This document shows positions 16,631 through 27,348 of a DNA stretch of 64,000 bases, piece after piece. The stretch covers positions 136,912 through 200,911 of the forward strand of contig DOZJ01000006.1 in the NCBI GenBank assembly GCA_003518055.1, given 5' to 3'. A program made the position numbers and the translations under genes. A model generated the notes under the pieces. That model worked only from the letters and a program-made list of their open reading frames with translations, was not told where the DNA came from and did no database searches. The DNA comes from Candidatus Falkowbacteria bacterium (GTDB taxonomy: Bacteria; Patescibacteriota; Patescibacteriia; UBA11705). Numbering within the stretch: position 1 is the first letter of the stretch; every line of letters begins with the position of its first letter.

Positions 16631-18397
16631 TTGTCTATGTTTGCAACAACCAAAGAAAAAGTTTATTTTATTGTTTTAATTGTGCTCGGGGTTTTGCTGG
16701 TGGTGTCAAACGCGGTGACGGTTTATTTTTTGGTCAGTCAAAATGATGATGTTTTACCGAATCAGGAAGATTTGACGAACGATCAAGGAGTAAATACCGA
16801 TGTGCCTGTGCCTAATAACGAAGATCAAAACGAACCGGACACTATTGTAGAAGATAATACTTCCGGTCAGCTGGAGGTCGAGTGGTTTGAGTTTCCGGCC
16901 AATGACACCGCGAAAAATTTTATCCCTTATACCTGGTATAGCGGCGATGAAGCCAAACAAAGAGAATTGACGCAGATGGTTGGATCATCGACTAAAGCGG
17001 GCCAAATCACGTCCGGTCAATTTAATAATTCACCTATTTATTTGGTTGAGGTCTATCCCGATGGGATAGGGTTTAGCAATGATTATTTTTGGTTAATTGA
17101 CGATCAAGAGAATAATCAATTGGTGGTGCTGGACAAGTATTCTACCTATTCAGGGGTAACTGAGTTGAGTAAATTGTTTGTTTTTAACAAAGATTTGACG
17201 ATTAAAAACTGGGACGCGCCGGAAACAATCAATATTCCAGGTAGTTCCTATAAACTGGTTCGGGCGGAAATGAGATCGGTGCGGTTAATCTCGAGTTATA
17301 ATTTAACGCGGCAATTCAAATACAATAATGATGATTATGTTTATTGGGATCAGAATTCCGGATGTTTTATCATCAAACGTCAAGGAAATACGGTCCAGGA
17401 TTATTATTTGGACGTGGAATTCATGACTGGCAATAGGGAAAGCGGCGGCTTGGCGCTTACTAACCAGATTTTGAAGTTTCGCTGGAACGGCGGAGCAAAC
17501 AATGATAAAGAATATGAGACGACCAGAATGACCGGCTGCGGTTCGGCCGGATGTTATTCTTATGTGACTAATTTGAAAGAAAGCGAATTGATAAAGGTGG
17601 GAGAAACAGCTACCGATGGTATTTTATATGCCTATAATACAAACATTAAATTTGAAGATTTGGATAAAGGACACAGGCTATGGAGTTCTTATAAATCATA
17701 TTATCCGGGTTATGATGAAGAAAGCGGTGAAACCTTGGAAAAAGATAATTTTGCCAACTATTTATCCGATTATCCACTGTTATATTGGAAAGATCCGTTT
17801 GGCCGCTGGATGGAATTTATCTATATCAAATATCAACCGGCGGTGGAATGCGGTAAACCGGTGATTTATTTGTATCCGGAAGAAGATATGAATATTGACG
17901 TGAAAGTTGAGCCGACCGGAGGGATCAAAATCAGCGAGCCGAATTATGGAGACGGCTGGTCAGTCAAAGCGTCCACCGATAGCCAACTGTTTAATTTGAG
18001 TGACAAAAAAACTTATCCGTATTTATTCTGGGAAGGCTATGGGTACAAATATACTCAGCCGGATAAAGGCTATGTGGTAAAACAGGCGGAAGTAAAACCG
18101 TTTTTAATGCACATTTTGGGTCAACTTGGGTTGAGTGAAAAAGAAACCGCTGATTTCAATGAGTTCTGGGTGCCAAAAATGCAGGAAAAGCCATATTATT
18201 TCATCACCTTTCTGCCTCAGACGGAATTTGATAAAATCGCGCCGTTAACCGTTACGCCAAAGGCTGATACCACCATCCGCGTCTTTATGGATTACAAGGG
18301 TTTGGATGAATGGCAAAATGTTGAGCCGCTTAATATTCGAACACCGAAAAGAAATGGCTTCACGGTAGTCGAGTGGGGCGGCGCGCTGCATGACTAA
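16631..18397 (+). CDS. Membrane-anchored large extracellular protein, hypothetical
   Basis: N-terminal TM helix. 588 aa. Confidence 0.5.
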   Translation: MSMFATTKEKVYFIVLIVLGVLLVVSNAVTVYFLVSQNDDVLPNQEDLTNDQGVNTDVPVPNNEDQNEPDTIVEDNTSGQLEVEWFEFPANDTAKNFIPYTWYSGDEAKQRELTQMVGSSTKAGQITSGQFNNSPIYLVEVYPDGIGFSNDYFWLIDDQENNQLVVLDKYSTYSGVTELSKLFVFNKDLTIKNWDAPETINIPGSSYKLVRAEMRSVRLISSYNLTRQFKYNNDDYVYWDQNSGCFIIKRQGNTVQDYYLDVEFMTGNRESGGLALTNQILKFRWNGGANNDKEYETTRMTGCGSAGCYSYVTNLKESELIKVGETATDGILYAYNTNIKFEDLDKGHRLWSSYKSYYPGYDEESGETLEKDNFANYLSDYPLLYWKDPFGRWMEFIYIKYQPAVECGKPVIYLYPEEDMNIDVKVEPTGGIKISEPNYGDGWSVKASTDSQLFNLSDKKTYPYLFWEGYGYKYTQPDKGYVVKQAEVKPFLMHILGQLGLSEKETADFNEFWVPKMQEKPYYFITFLPQTEFDKIAPLTVTPKADTTIRVFMDYKGLDEWQNVEPLNIRTPKRNGFTVVEWGGALHD

Positions 18398-19268
18398 GCT
18401 GAATAAAATATTATTGTTAAGTGTAATTCTCCTTGGATTTTTTCAAGGAGGATTACTTTTTTTGGGTTTGAATCGCGTTGATGTCAGTCCGGCCGGAACT
18501 CATCGCAGTTTATACGTCTCCAAGAGTTTTTATGATGATGCTTATCGGCTGGCGGGTGATGGGTTTGATTTAAATGATGATGAAGTCGTGGCGGCGATTG
18601 TGCCGCACCATTTATTCGTTAAAGATCGATCAGCGGCGTTGTTCAAGGCTTTGTCTAGATTTGATTTTCAGCGAATTATTATGATCGGGCCGGATCATTT
18701 GAATGATGCTAGGGCGTCGATTGTAATCTCAGATTATGATTGGCAAACACCATACGGCAGTTTGTCGTCTGATTCACGGTTGGTCTCAAAGATTTTAGAC
18801 GCTGGTCTGGCGGCCACTGATGAACAGGCGATGGGGGCGGAGTTTGCAATCAGTGGGTTGGTCCCGTTCGTGAAAAATAGTTGGCCGGAAGCTGATTTTG
18901 TGCCGATAATCATTGGAACCGACGCGGAGAGAGAAAATCTAGATAAACTGGTTGATTTTCTGGTTGAAAATTCAAATGGCAAGACATTGCTGTTAACCAG
19001 CGTGGATTTTTCTCATTACAAATCACCGGCCGAGGCGGAAGCGCAAGATAAAATTTCAGTGAAAGCGATTGAAGATTTTGATTTTGAAAGAGCTTTTACA
19101 TTGGATGTGGATTCTCCCCAGTCGATATACATGATTCTAAAATATGCCGCGCGTATTGGGGCAAATTTAACGCAGTTGTTGTCTCATACAAACACCGGAT
19201 TGATTCAGCCGGAGAGTTCACAGACGGCGGTCACTCACAATATAATTGTTTTTACCAAACCAAGATAA
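18390..19268 (+). CDS. MEMO1/AmmeMemoRadiSam-system-protein-B-like protein
   Basis: AAIVPHH motif typical of the Memo/extradiol-dioxygenase-B fold. Overlaps the upstream gene by 8 nt. Confidence 0.35.
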   Translation: MTKLNKILLLSVILLGFFQGGLLFLGLNRVDVSPAGTHRSLYVSKSFYDDAYRLAGDGFDLNDDEVVAAIVPHHLFVKDRSAALFKALSRFDFQRIIMIGPDHLNDARASIVISDYDWQTPYGSLSSDSRLVSKILDAGLAATDEQAMGAEFAISGLVPFVKNSWPEADFVPIIIGTDAERENLDKLVDFLVENSNGKTLLLTSVDFSHYKSPAEAEAQDKISVKAIEDFDFERAFTLDVDSPQSIYMILKYAARIGANLTQLLSHTNTGLIQPESSQTAVTHNIIVFTKPR

Positions 19269-19345
19269 TTATTGTTTTTGTTTGATGAAAACAGCCGGCA
19301 TGATTGATTTCTCGAAATTATAAAAAAGACTTGATAAGTCTTTTT

Positions 19346-20089
19346 TTAGTAATCGCGGTCGAAATGTTTTTGGGAGATGAATCTTGGCTGCTCCGGATCT
19401 ACTTGCCAGCAGTTGAATTCTTGTTCCGCGGCACAGAGGGGAAAACAGGTATGGTTTTGACAGTACCCTTGATGTTCGGCCGCGGTCAGGCAGGGCAAGA
19501 CGGTTTTGTCTTTGTCATTGAGGTCGCATTCGGGAGCAAAAGGAACGGCGGCTGGCGCTTCGATCGGTTTGGTTACGGTTACGGTCAGCTCATATTCGAT
19601 AAAATCTGAATCTGATGCTGATTCAGAGTCAGAGTCAAAGTCTGAACACTCACTTCGCATCTTCTGCTTGATCATGGTGATAAATGTTTCATCATAATCT
19701 TCTTGATTTTGATCCATTCCTTCCGCCATAGACAGAATCAGTGAATAAGCCCAGCAGCAACGTTTGGCAGCGGCCAAGGCGATTAGTTGAAACTGGTGAT
19801 CTAAAATGGTTTGTTCTGCCGGGTGCAGATCATTTAGATGCTCGGCGCAGGTTGGCTCCATTTTTAACAGTTGAAGTGATTGGGTGTGTCGATACATCTG
19901 CTGCAAGGTTGAAATCAGCTGAACGCAATCATATGATTGTTTTTCGGTTGATGCCGACAAAGCAACGACGCTTTTGACGTGAAAATTGATTTGTTCTGCG
20001 CACTCACTGCTGTCAAAGGTCTGGGCGTTTAATCTGATGGCGAGAATGACCCCCAAGATGAGCAACGGAATCGGCAGAAATTTGCGCAT
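19346..20089 (-). CDS. Secreted Cys-rich protein with acidic Ser/Asp tract
   Basis: Signal peptide, more than 12 Cys, and a SDFDSDSESASDSDF tract. 247 aa. Confidence 0.5.
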   Translation of the reverse strand: MRKFLPIPLLILGVILAIRLNAQTFDSSECAEQINFHVKSVVALSASTEKQSYDCVQLISTLQQMYRHTQSLQLLKMEPTCAEHLNDLHPAEQTILDHQFQLIALAAAKRCCWAYSLILSMAEGMDQNQEDYDETFITMIKQKMRSECSDFDSDSESASDSDFIEYELTVTVTKPIEAPAAVPFAPECDLNDKDKTVLPCLTAAEHQGYCQNHTCFPLCAAEQEFNCWQVDPEQPRFISQKHFDRDY

Positions 20090-20250
20090 GATTTGCCTCC
20101 TGTTGGTTGGGAGATATTATGATATTAAAAGCGATAATTTCTGTCAATGAGGCATTTATGATTCACGGGGGTGATTGGGCTTGAATGTTTGACAGATTTT
20201 AGTATTTATGTTAATGTTGTTTGTTCAGTTCAACCACAAAAGGAGGAGAG

Positions 20251-21048
20251 ATGTTTACAGTTATTACTGTCATCATGGTTATGATCAGTTTGATGGTTCA
20301 TGAATTCGGTCACGGCTGGGCGATGACGCGGCATCAGATTCCGATCAAGGAAGCCGGAATCGGTTTTGGCCGGAAATGGATTCCTCACTTCTGGTTCGAG
20401 TGGCGTGGGGTGCCGATCAAGGTGACGCCGCTTATTCTCGGCGGTTATGTGATGCCGGCGGAAGAAAGCGAGAAGTTGATTGAGAATGCGTCATACAAGG
20501 TTAAGGCGGAAATTTTCGGCGCTGGGGTTCTAGGCAATATTTTGTTTTTTTATGTCATGCAGGTGCTGGCAATCATCATTCATCCCGAGTGGGGTTTTGA
20601 CTGGATTTATTTGGGCCTGCCGTTTTGGGCCATTACAAGTATTGTCGCTGTTATGCTGTTGTTCAGGAGATTTTGCTTTGAATGGTTGTTTATTATGATC
20701 GGTTTGGCGCAATTGGGATTTTTGGTTTATGCCTTATTCATTCATAATCCGTTCGAAGTGATGGCCGGTCCGGTCGGAGTGGTGAATCTGGCGGTGGTTC
20801 ATCCGGCAGATGATTGGACCGTGACTATGGCTGATGTGTTCAGTCGAGCCGGTTTGATCTCGTTGTTGATTGGTTTGACCAATATGTTGCCGTTGTTTCC
20901 CTTGGATGGCGGCCGGATTATGGCAGCGTTGTTTCATCGATTCAACTGGAATCGGGTCAAGAATTTTTATACAGTGATTAGTTCTTTGGCTATGCTGGGG
21001 CTGATTATCTTGGCGTTGACCTCGGATGTCGTGAAGTTGTTGAGATAA
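20251..21048 (+). CDS. Site-2 protease family (M50) intramembrane metalloprotease
   Basis: HEFGH in a TM helix plus an LDGG second motif (NMLPLFPLDGGRIM). Multi-TM protein. Confidence 0.7.
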   Translation: MFTVITVIMVMISLMVHEFGHGWAMTRHQIPIKEAGIGFGRKWIPHFWFEWRGVPIKVTPLILGGYVMPAEESEKLIENASYKVKAEIFGAGVLGNILFFYVMQVLAIIIHPEWGFDWIYLGLPFWAITSIVAVMLLFRRFCFEWLFIMIGLAQLGFLVYALFIHNPFEVMAGPVGVVNLAVVHPADDWTVTMADVFSRAGLISLLIGLTNMLPLFPLDGGRIMAALFHRFNWNRVKNFYTVISSLAMLGLIILALTSDVVKLLR

Positions 21049-21082
21049 AGTTAACTTTCCCCACAATGGTAGGAGAAAAAAC

Positions 21083-21694
21083 ATGAGCGCCAAACGAGTA
21101 CCGGTTAGAGTACTCCCAATGGATTTGTTTGACGGCAAATATACTCGGTATTTGGGGTTTCAGCACGTTCCGGTGATTCATGAAGATAACGTGGCGGCCG
21201 CTGTGCAGGAGATTATGGTTTTTCTAAACCAAAATCGTGTAAATAAAGAACACAATGATGGAGCTGAGTTTTTGCGGGCATTTGCCAGTGAAATCTTGTT
21301 TGTCTGTACCAGAAAGCAGGTTGAAGTCATGGAGTTGGTGCGTGACTTTGACGCGCTGAAACCGAGTGACCTTATGCAAGCCGTCAGATCGGAGATGCGC
21401 GGTTGGCATCAGAGAAGGTATCATTCGGTGTTGGCTAATTGGAAGAGTTTGAAGCAGCTGGGGTTGGGGCTAATGGATGCATGGTATCTCGGTACGTGTT
21501 TGTTGGAGGCGTTGCGGCACGCGGCTGGAACCGCGGATTCAAGAGAGGATTCCAAGCAGTTCCTGGTTTGGTGGGAGTTGGTGAGTTGTAGAGTGGATTT
21601 GATTGGGATGGAGATGTCAATCATTGATGGTACGCGAGACACGGTGGCTAGAATGGTGAGTAATGAACAAGCGAGTGTGATTCGATACTGGTAA
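21083..21694 (+). CDS. Hypothetical protein
   Basis: 203-aa ORF. No recognisable domain. Confidence 0.4.
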   Translation: MSAKRVPVRVLPMDLFDGKYTRYLGFQHVPVIHEDNVAAAVQEIMVFLNQNRVNKEHNDGAEFLRAFASEILFVCTRKQVEVMELVRDFDALKPSDLMQAVRSEMRGWHQRRYHSVLANWKSLKQLGLGLMDAWYLGTCLLEALRHAAGTADSREDSKQFLVWWELVSCRVDLIGMEMSIIDGTRDTVARMVSNEQASVIRYW

Positions 21695-21776
21695 AATATT
21701 AAACAGCTAATAAATATTAGTTGTTTTTTTGTTTTTTATGGTATAATTTTTTTATAAATAATCTAGTTCATCTGTT

Positions 21777-22775
21777 ATGCGGCATGTGGATGTAGTAACA
21801 ATCGGCAGCGCGATCAAGGACGTGATGTTTTATACTAATCATGGAGAATTGATATCCAATAAAAATGATTTGACAGCGCAGACGCTGTTGGCTTTTGAAT
21901 ATGGCGCCAAGATTGAGATTGATGAACTTTATCTCAATTACGGCGGCGGAGCGCTGAACGTGGCGGTCGGGTTGAAAAATTTCGGTTTAAAAGTAGCGCC
22001 GCTGGTCAATATCGGTGATGACGCGGCCGGACGGGAGATATTTAATTTTTTGAAACATAAAAGGATAAATACCGGTCTCGTGACGATTGATAAGACGCAT
22101 CCGACCGGATTCTCATATATTGTGAGTTTGAGATCTGATCGCGACCATACGATTTTTACCTATAAGGGAGCCAGTGTTTTTCTTGATACTTCACACATTA
22201 GTCATTTGACAGCGGATTGGTATTATATTTCAGCGTTGTCAATGCGGTTTTGGGCCAAGGAGATTGACCGGGTAATCGATATAAAAAGGTATCGAAGCCG
22301 AAAAAATTTGACTGAGCCAAAGATAGTTTGGAATCCCGGTCGACGGCAGTTTGATGAATCTTTGAAGATGCTTAGAATACTTCCGCATATCGATTTATTG
22401 ATATTGAATAAAGATGAGGCCATTGAGCTGGTGTTGAAGGTTTTGGGCCGAGGCGTTGAACGACAGCGGATCAATCAATCACGGTATTTGCTTGATGAGC
22501 TTCGACGGCTTGAGATAAAAAATATTGTCATTACAGCCGGGGCGAGAGGCGCCTATGGGCTTGATGATCGAGGCCGATATTATTTCAAGGCCAGTTTAAA
22601 GCGCAAAAAAGTTGATACGGTTGGCGCGGGCGATGCATTTGCTTCCGGTTTCGTGGCTGCTTGGCATCAAACAGGGCGGTTTGATCGAGCCATGGAATGG
22701 GGGATCAAAAACAGCGGCGCGGAATTAACAGAGGTCGGCGCCCAAAATGGTTTGTTGAAAGGAAAAATAAAATAA
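21777..22775 (+). CDS. PfkB-family carbohydrate kinase
   Basis: GGGALNVA N-terminal motif and a GAGDAF C-terminal ATP-site motif. Confidence 0.75.
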   Translation: MRHVDVVTIGSAIKDVMFYTNHGELISNKNDLTAQTLLAFEYGAKIEIDELYLNYGGGALNVAVGLKNFGLKVAPLVNIGDDAAGREIFNFLKHKRINTGLVTIDKTHPTGFSYIVSLRSDRDHTIFTYKGASVFLDTSHISHLTADWYYISALSMRFWAKEIDRVIDIKRYRSRKNLTEPKIVWNPGRRQFDESLKMLRILPHIDLLILNKDEAIELVLKVLGRGVERQRINQSRYLLDELRRLEIKNIVITAGARGAYGLDDRGRYYFKASLKRKKVDTVGAGDAFASGFVAAWHQTGRFDRAMEWGIKNSGAELTEVGAQNGLLKGKIK

Positions 22776-22933
22776 AAGATAAAAGACACTGATACCAAGT
22801 GTCTTTTTGTTTCAAAGATAAATTTAGCGTTTTTTAATTTTATTTTAGGCATGACCCAATTTATTCTATGATAAAGTCGATATTTTAGGATGTTCAAAAT
22901 CAATCAGTCATGATATATTGTTTTTAGCGAAAT

Positions 22934-24508
22934 ATGTATAAAATACTCAGCAAAAAAATTCATTCAATCGCCGGCGGAGCGTTGGTAGTGGCGGTTTTAG
23001 GTATAATCAGTCGGTTGTTTGGCGTCATTCGCGATCGAATCTTGGCGGGCGAATTTGGCGCGGGCAGCGAATTGGATATCTATTACGCGGCTTTTCGTAT
23101 TCCTGATTTAGTATATAATTTTGTAATTTTTGGCGCGATTTCAGCGGCATTCATTCCGTTGTTTACCAAGTTGGTGGTAGATGATGATGCGGTTGAATAC
23201 GGTAAAAATAAAAAGGCTTGGGATTTTTTGTCAAATGTTATAAATGTTTTTTCAGTCATGTTGATTATTGTTTGCGGAGTGTTATTTATTTTTGCCAGAC
23301 CGCTCATGTCGGCCATTACTCCGGGATTTACATCAATTGAGGTGACCGCAATCGTTTTATTAACTCGGATAATGTTTTTGAGTCCATTGCTTTTGGGTAT
23401 TAGTGGAATGATCGGCGGTGTGCTGCAGGTGTATAAAAGATTTGTGATATTTTCTCTGGCGCCGATTTTTTATAATCTTGGGATTATTTTTGGGGTTTGG
23501 TGGCTGGTGCCGATTATGGGTTTGCCGGGGCTGGCCTGGGGGGTGGCGTTGGGCGCGGGTCTGCATTTGATCATTCAGCTGCCGGCTTTGAGGCGGTTGG
23601 GATATCAATATCGGACAATTTTCAATTGGCGGGACAAAAATTTACGGTCGGTTTTTGTCTTGATGCTGCCGCGAGTGCTGGGCTTGATGGCTTCTCAAGT
23701 AAATCTGATTGTGATTACGATTTTCGGTTCTTTTTTGGCTTCCGGAACAATTACGATTTTTAACTTAGCCAGTAATTTACAATATTTCCCGATCTCTTTG
23801 GTCGGAATATCATTGGCGGTGGCGTCATTCCCGGTTTTGACGCGCAAATTTGCTCAAAGCGATGATGCCGGTTTTCGGGAGACTCTCGGAGCAACATTTC
23901 GTTTGATATTGACGGCGATAATTCCAATTTCAGTTATTTTTATTTTATTAAAATGGGAAATCGTGGCTTTGGTTTTAGGTACAGGTGAATTTTCTGCTCA
24001 GGATATTGCTCTGACCGCGAATGCTTTGGCCCTTTTTAGTGTTAGTTTGTTCGCGCAGGCATTGCTGCCGCTGCTGGCTCGGGCGTTTTACGCTAGACAC
24101 AATACATGGCTGCCATTTATTGTCGGTTTATTAAGCGCCGGAGTTAATGTGTTTTTGTCATGGCTTTTGGCTGATGCTTATGGAGTTTTGGGGTTGGTTT
24201 GGGCGTTTAGTTCAAGTTCGATATTTAATTTTATTTTATTGTTTGTATTTTTACGTTATCATGCCGGCAATTTTGATGATAAAGCATTAATTTCAACTTT
24301 ATTTAAGTCGTTAACCGCCACCGCTGGAATGGCGGTGGTAGTGGTGACTTCACAAAGGGTTATATTTGAATTATTTGTTTTGAATCAATTATGGCGAATT
24401 GTTGTGGCAACCGGTTTGCTGGTAATTTTGGCTATGGTGGTTTACGTCGGTATAGGATGGCTGTTAAATATGAAGGAGTTGAAAGAGATTTACAAGAAAA
24501 TGATATAA
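22934..24508 (+). CDS. murJ: Lipid II flippase MurJ/MviN
   Basis: ISRLFGVIRDRILAGEFGAGSELDIYYAAFRIPD signature. About 14 TM helices. 524 aa. Confidence 0.85.
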   Translation: MYKILSKKIHSIAGGALVVAVLGIISRLFGVIRDRILAGEFGAGSELDIYYAAFRIPDLVYNFVIFGAISAAFIPLFTKLVVDDDAVEYGKNKKAWDFLSNVINVFSVMLIIVCGVLFIFARPLMSAITPGFTSIEVTAIVLLTRIMFLSPLLLGISGMIGGVLQVYKRFVIFSLAPIFYNLGIIFGVWWLVPIMGLPGLAWGVALGAGLHLIIQLPALRRLGYQYRTIFNWRDKNLRSVFVLMLPRVLGLMASQVNLIVITIFGSFLASGTITIFNLASNLQYFPISLVGISLAVASFPVLTRKFAQSDDAGFRETLGATFRLILTAIIPISVIFILLKWEIVALVLGTGEFSAQDIALTANALALFSVSLFAQALLPLLARAFYARHNTWLPFIVGLLSAGVNVFLSWLLADAYGVLGLVWAFSSSSIFNFILLFVFLRYHAGNFDDKALISTLFKSLTATAGMAVVVVTSQRVIFELFVLNQLWRIVVATGLLVILAMVVYVGIGWLLNMKELKEIYKKMI

Positions 24509-24601
24509 AAGACGATTTAAATTGATAAAATGGCTAAAGGGGCTGTTTTTTTTATTACACTAGTAAATGGTTACTGACTTGGAAAGTTCATCTGGTTCGG
24601 A

Positions 24602-24630
24602 TTGACAATTTGTGAATTATCTGATATCAT
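24602..24630 (+). promoter_or_regulatory. Promoter TTGACA-17-TATCAT
   Basis: TTGACAatttgtgaattatctgaTATCAT. Same -10 variant as at 15881. Confidence 0.4.
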
Positions 24631-24676
24631 TCATGGTTCAACTCAAAACTGAACGTCAACACAACAGGGGGTGGTG

Positions 24677-25021
24677 ATGAGCAACGGTAGACAATTTCTC
24701 ACTATTTGCTTTTTGCGACATTTGTACACGGTTACGCGTCAAGAAGGAGATGGTATTGAATCTGTTGACTCCTCGCTTGATGTTTCCTTGTTTTGTCCGT
24801 ATTGCGGCACTGCGGCCATTTGGTTTGGGCGATTGGGCGTTGGCGGGGATGGGGTCGAGGAAACAGATATTGAGTATCGTTTGATTCCGATTCGGCTGGG
24901 AGAAGAAGAAGTTATAGTTAAGAGTGTCAAGGCGATGCCGGCCAAAAAGCTTGGTTGGTGGAAAGATGGTCCTTGGCGGCGGTATTGGACTGCCACCGGA
25001 CGGATTGAGACGGTTGAATAA
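24677..25021 (+). CDS. Hypothetical small protein
   Basis: RBS AGGGGGTGGTG before the ATG. One CxxC pair. Confidence 0.35.
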   Translation: MSNGRQFLTICFLRHLYTVTRQEGDGIESVDSSLDVSLFCPYCGTAAIWFGRLGVGGDGVEETDIEYRLIPIRLGEEEVIVKSVKAMPAKKLGWWKDGPWRRYWTATGRIETVE

Positions 25022-25155
25022 GCGGCTTGAATCAGGGCTGCTTTTTTGATAAAAGGGCATAGTTATATATACAGCAACATTTTATCAGTTTTTGACGTTT
25101 AGTTTATTTGAAGGGAGTTGATTTAACTTAATAAATCAGGTATAATTGGTTTATT

Positions 25156-26979
25156 ATGACTGAAAAAATCCGTAATTTTTGTATCATCGCACATATCGAT
25201 CATGGGAAGTCAACATTGGCTGACCGGTTTTTGGAATTGACGGAAACGGTTGAAAAGAGAAAAATGCACGATCAATTGCTCGATCAAATGGATTTGGAGC
25301 AGGAACGGGGGATTACGATTAAGTTGCAGCCGGTTCAGATGAATTATAAGGGTTATGTTTTGAATTTGATTGATACGCCTGGTCATGTGGACTTTTCTTA
25401 TGAAGTATCCAGGTCTCTGGCGGCGGTTGAAGGCGCGATTTTGTTGGTTGATGCTACTCAAGGCGTGCAGGCGCAAACGGTGGCCAATTTGTATCTGGCG
25501 ATTGAGCAGGGATTGGAAATTATTCCCGTGGTTAATAAAATCGATTTACCGGCGGCTGATGTGAACAAGGTCTCCCAAGAAATAATTGATTTGATCGGGT
25601 GCAAACGCGAGGAGATATTAACTGCTTCGGGTAAGACCGGCGATGGGGTTTTGGCCTTGCTCGATCAGGTGATTGAAAAAGTACCAGCCCCAAATGAAAG
25701 TTCGGACAAAGATTTACGGGCGTTGATTTTTGACTCTTATTACGATGAATATAAAGGCGTAGTGGCTTATGTGCGGATTTTTGACGGACAAGTAAAGTTC
25801 GGTGATGGGTTGTATTTTTTTGCCACGCAGGCAGATGGGGAAGTCTTGGATGTTGGAGTGCTCAAGCCGCAATTGAAGACTCTGGGACATTTGGGCAATG
25901 GTCAGATTGGTTATCTGGTGACAGGGCTAAAAGATATTGAGTTGTGTCGCGTCGGTGATACAATCACCCTGAGCAAGAAAAGTGTTCAGCCGTTGGCCGG
26001 TTATAAAGAAGTTAAACCGATGGTTTATGCCGGTATTTTTTGCGAAGAAGGCAATGAATACAATGAGCTGCGGGACGCTATCAATAAGTTAAAATTAAAT
26101 GATGCATCGTTGATTTTTGAACCGGAAAATTCCCCTGTTTTAGGTTTTGGTTTCCGTTGCGGATTTCTGGGGTTGTTGCATTTGGAGATATTTACCGAAC
26201 GATTAAGACGAGAGTTCGGATTGACGATTGTCATTACCACACCGAGCGTAGCTTACAAAGTAACGCAAAAAAATGAGTCAAAGATTGACATTAGAATAAA
26301 AAAAGAACAAATAATTGATTCACGGACTTTTGTCATGAAAAATCCCAATGAATTTCCCGATCCGTCGGCGATTGAACATATTGAAGAACCAATCATGAAT
26401 GTTGATATTTTGTCGCCAAAAGAATATATCGGGAACATCATGACATTGGTTCAGGATTCTCGAGGGGTGTATTTAAATACTGAATACATTGGAGAAGACC
26501 GGGTCATACTACATTATCATATTCCATTGGCCATGGTCATTGTCGATTTTTATGATAAATTAAAGAGCACATCGTCGGGTTTTGCCTCAATGAATTATGA
26601 AATTTGGAAATATGAAAGAGCTGATCTGCAAAAAATGGATGTTTTGGTTGCGGAAAAGCCGGTTGAGGCGTTTGCGACGATTGTATATCGGGATTCAGCT
26701 TTTAACACGGGTAAAGTGATTGTAACGTCACTCAAGGAAACTATTCCCAAACACCAATTTGTAATCAAATTACAGGCGGCAATTGGCGGCAAAGTGATTG
26801 CGTCAGAAAGAATATCGGCCATGCGCAAGGACGTAACAGCCGGGTTATATGGCGGAGATCATTCTCGAAAACAGAAATTATTGAATAAACAAAAAAAGGG
26901 AAAAAAGAAAATGATGGAAATGGGCGTGGGCAAAGTGAATATCCCGCAGGAAGCGTTTATTAAAGTGATGAAGCGGTAG
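25156..26979 (+). CDS. lepA: Elongation factor 4 (LepA)
   Basis: GTPase motifs AHIDHGKST and DTPGHVDF. C-terminal LepA-specific domain. 607 aa. Confidence 0.9.
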   Translation: MTEKIRNFCIIAHIDHGKSTLADRFLELTETVEKRKMHDQLLDQMDLEQERGITIKLQPVQMNYKGYVLNLIDTPGHVDFSYEVSRSLAAVEGAILLVDATQGVQAQTVANLYLAIEQGLEIIPVVNKIDLPAADVNKVSQEIIDLIGCKREEILTASGKTGDGVLALLDQVIEKVPAPNESSDKDLRALIFDSYYDEYKGVVAYVRIFDGQVKFGDGLYFFATQADGEVLDVGVLKPQLKTLGHLGNGQIGYLVTGLKDIELCRVGDTITLSKKSVQPLAGYKEVKPMVYAGIFCEEGNEYNELRDAINKLKLNDASLIFEPENSPVLGFGFRCGFLGLLHLEIFTERLRREFGLTIVITTPSVAYKVTQKNESKIDIRIKKEQIIDSRTFVMKNPNEFPDPSAIEHIEEPIMNVDILSPKEYIGNIMTLVQDSRGVYLNTEYIGEDRVILHYHIPLAMVIVDFYDKLKSTSSGFASMNYEIWKYERADLQKMDVLVAEKPVEAFATIVYRDSAFNTGKVIVTSLKETIPKHQFVIKLQAAIGGKVIASERISAMRKDVTAGLYGGDHSRKQKLLNKQKKGKKKMMEMGVGKVNIPQEAFIKVMKR

Positions 26980-27348
26980 TTTAAAGCGAGAAAAGCGAGA
27001 TAAGCAAGACAAGCGAGAGAAGTTAGTATGTTGAGTTTATTTATGTGGTTTTGCTTATTTCTCTTAAAACTTTCTTGCTTAATTGGCTTGTGAAAAAAAG
27101 ACTACTCGGGTTGGAGTAGTTTTTTAATCGTCGAGGCTTATGTTTGTCGGTTTTAGACAGTCTTTGAAGGATGTTTTGATTGTGGTTATGTCAATGGTAC
27201 TGGAGAGTGTTTTAATAAAACGCTGGCGCGAATGTAAACATTATCATGGAAAACAACATAAAGATAACGATGACCGTCCACACGATTTTTTGGGCTTTTT
27301 TCATACAATATAGTAAAATAAGTTTATGATTTATAACAATTAGACTTT

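Noticed and set aside
18390-19268. A complete AmmeMemoRadiSam three-gene system
   Set aside because: Only a Memo-like B component is plausible. No AMMECR1-like or radical-SAM partner gene is adjacent, so I call it only a Memo-like protein.
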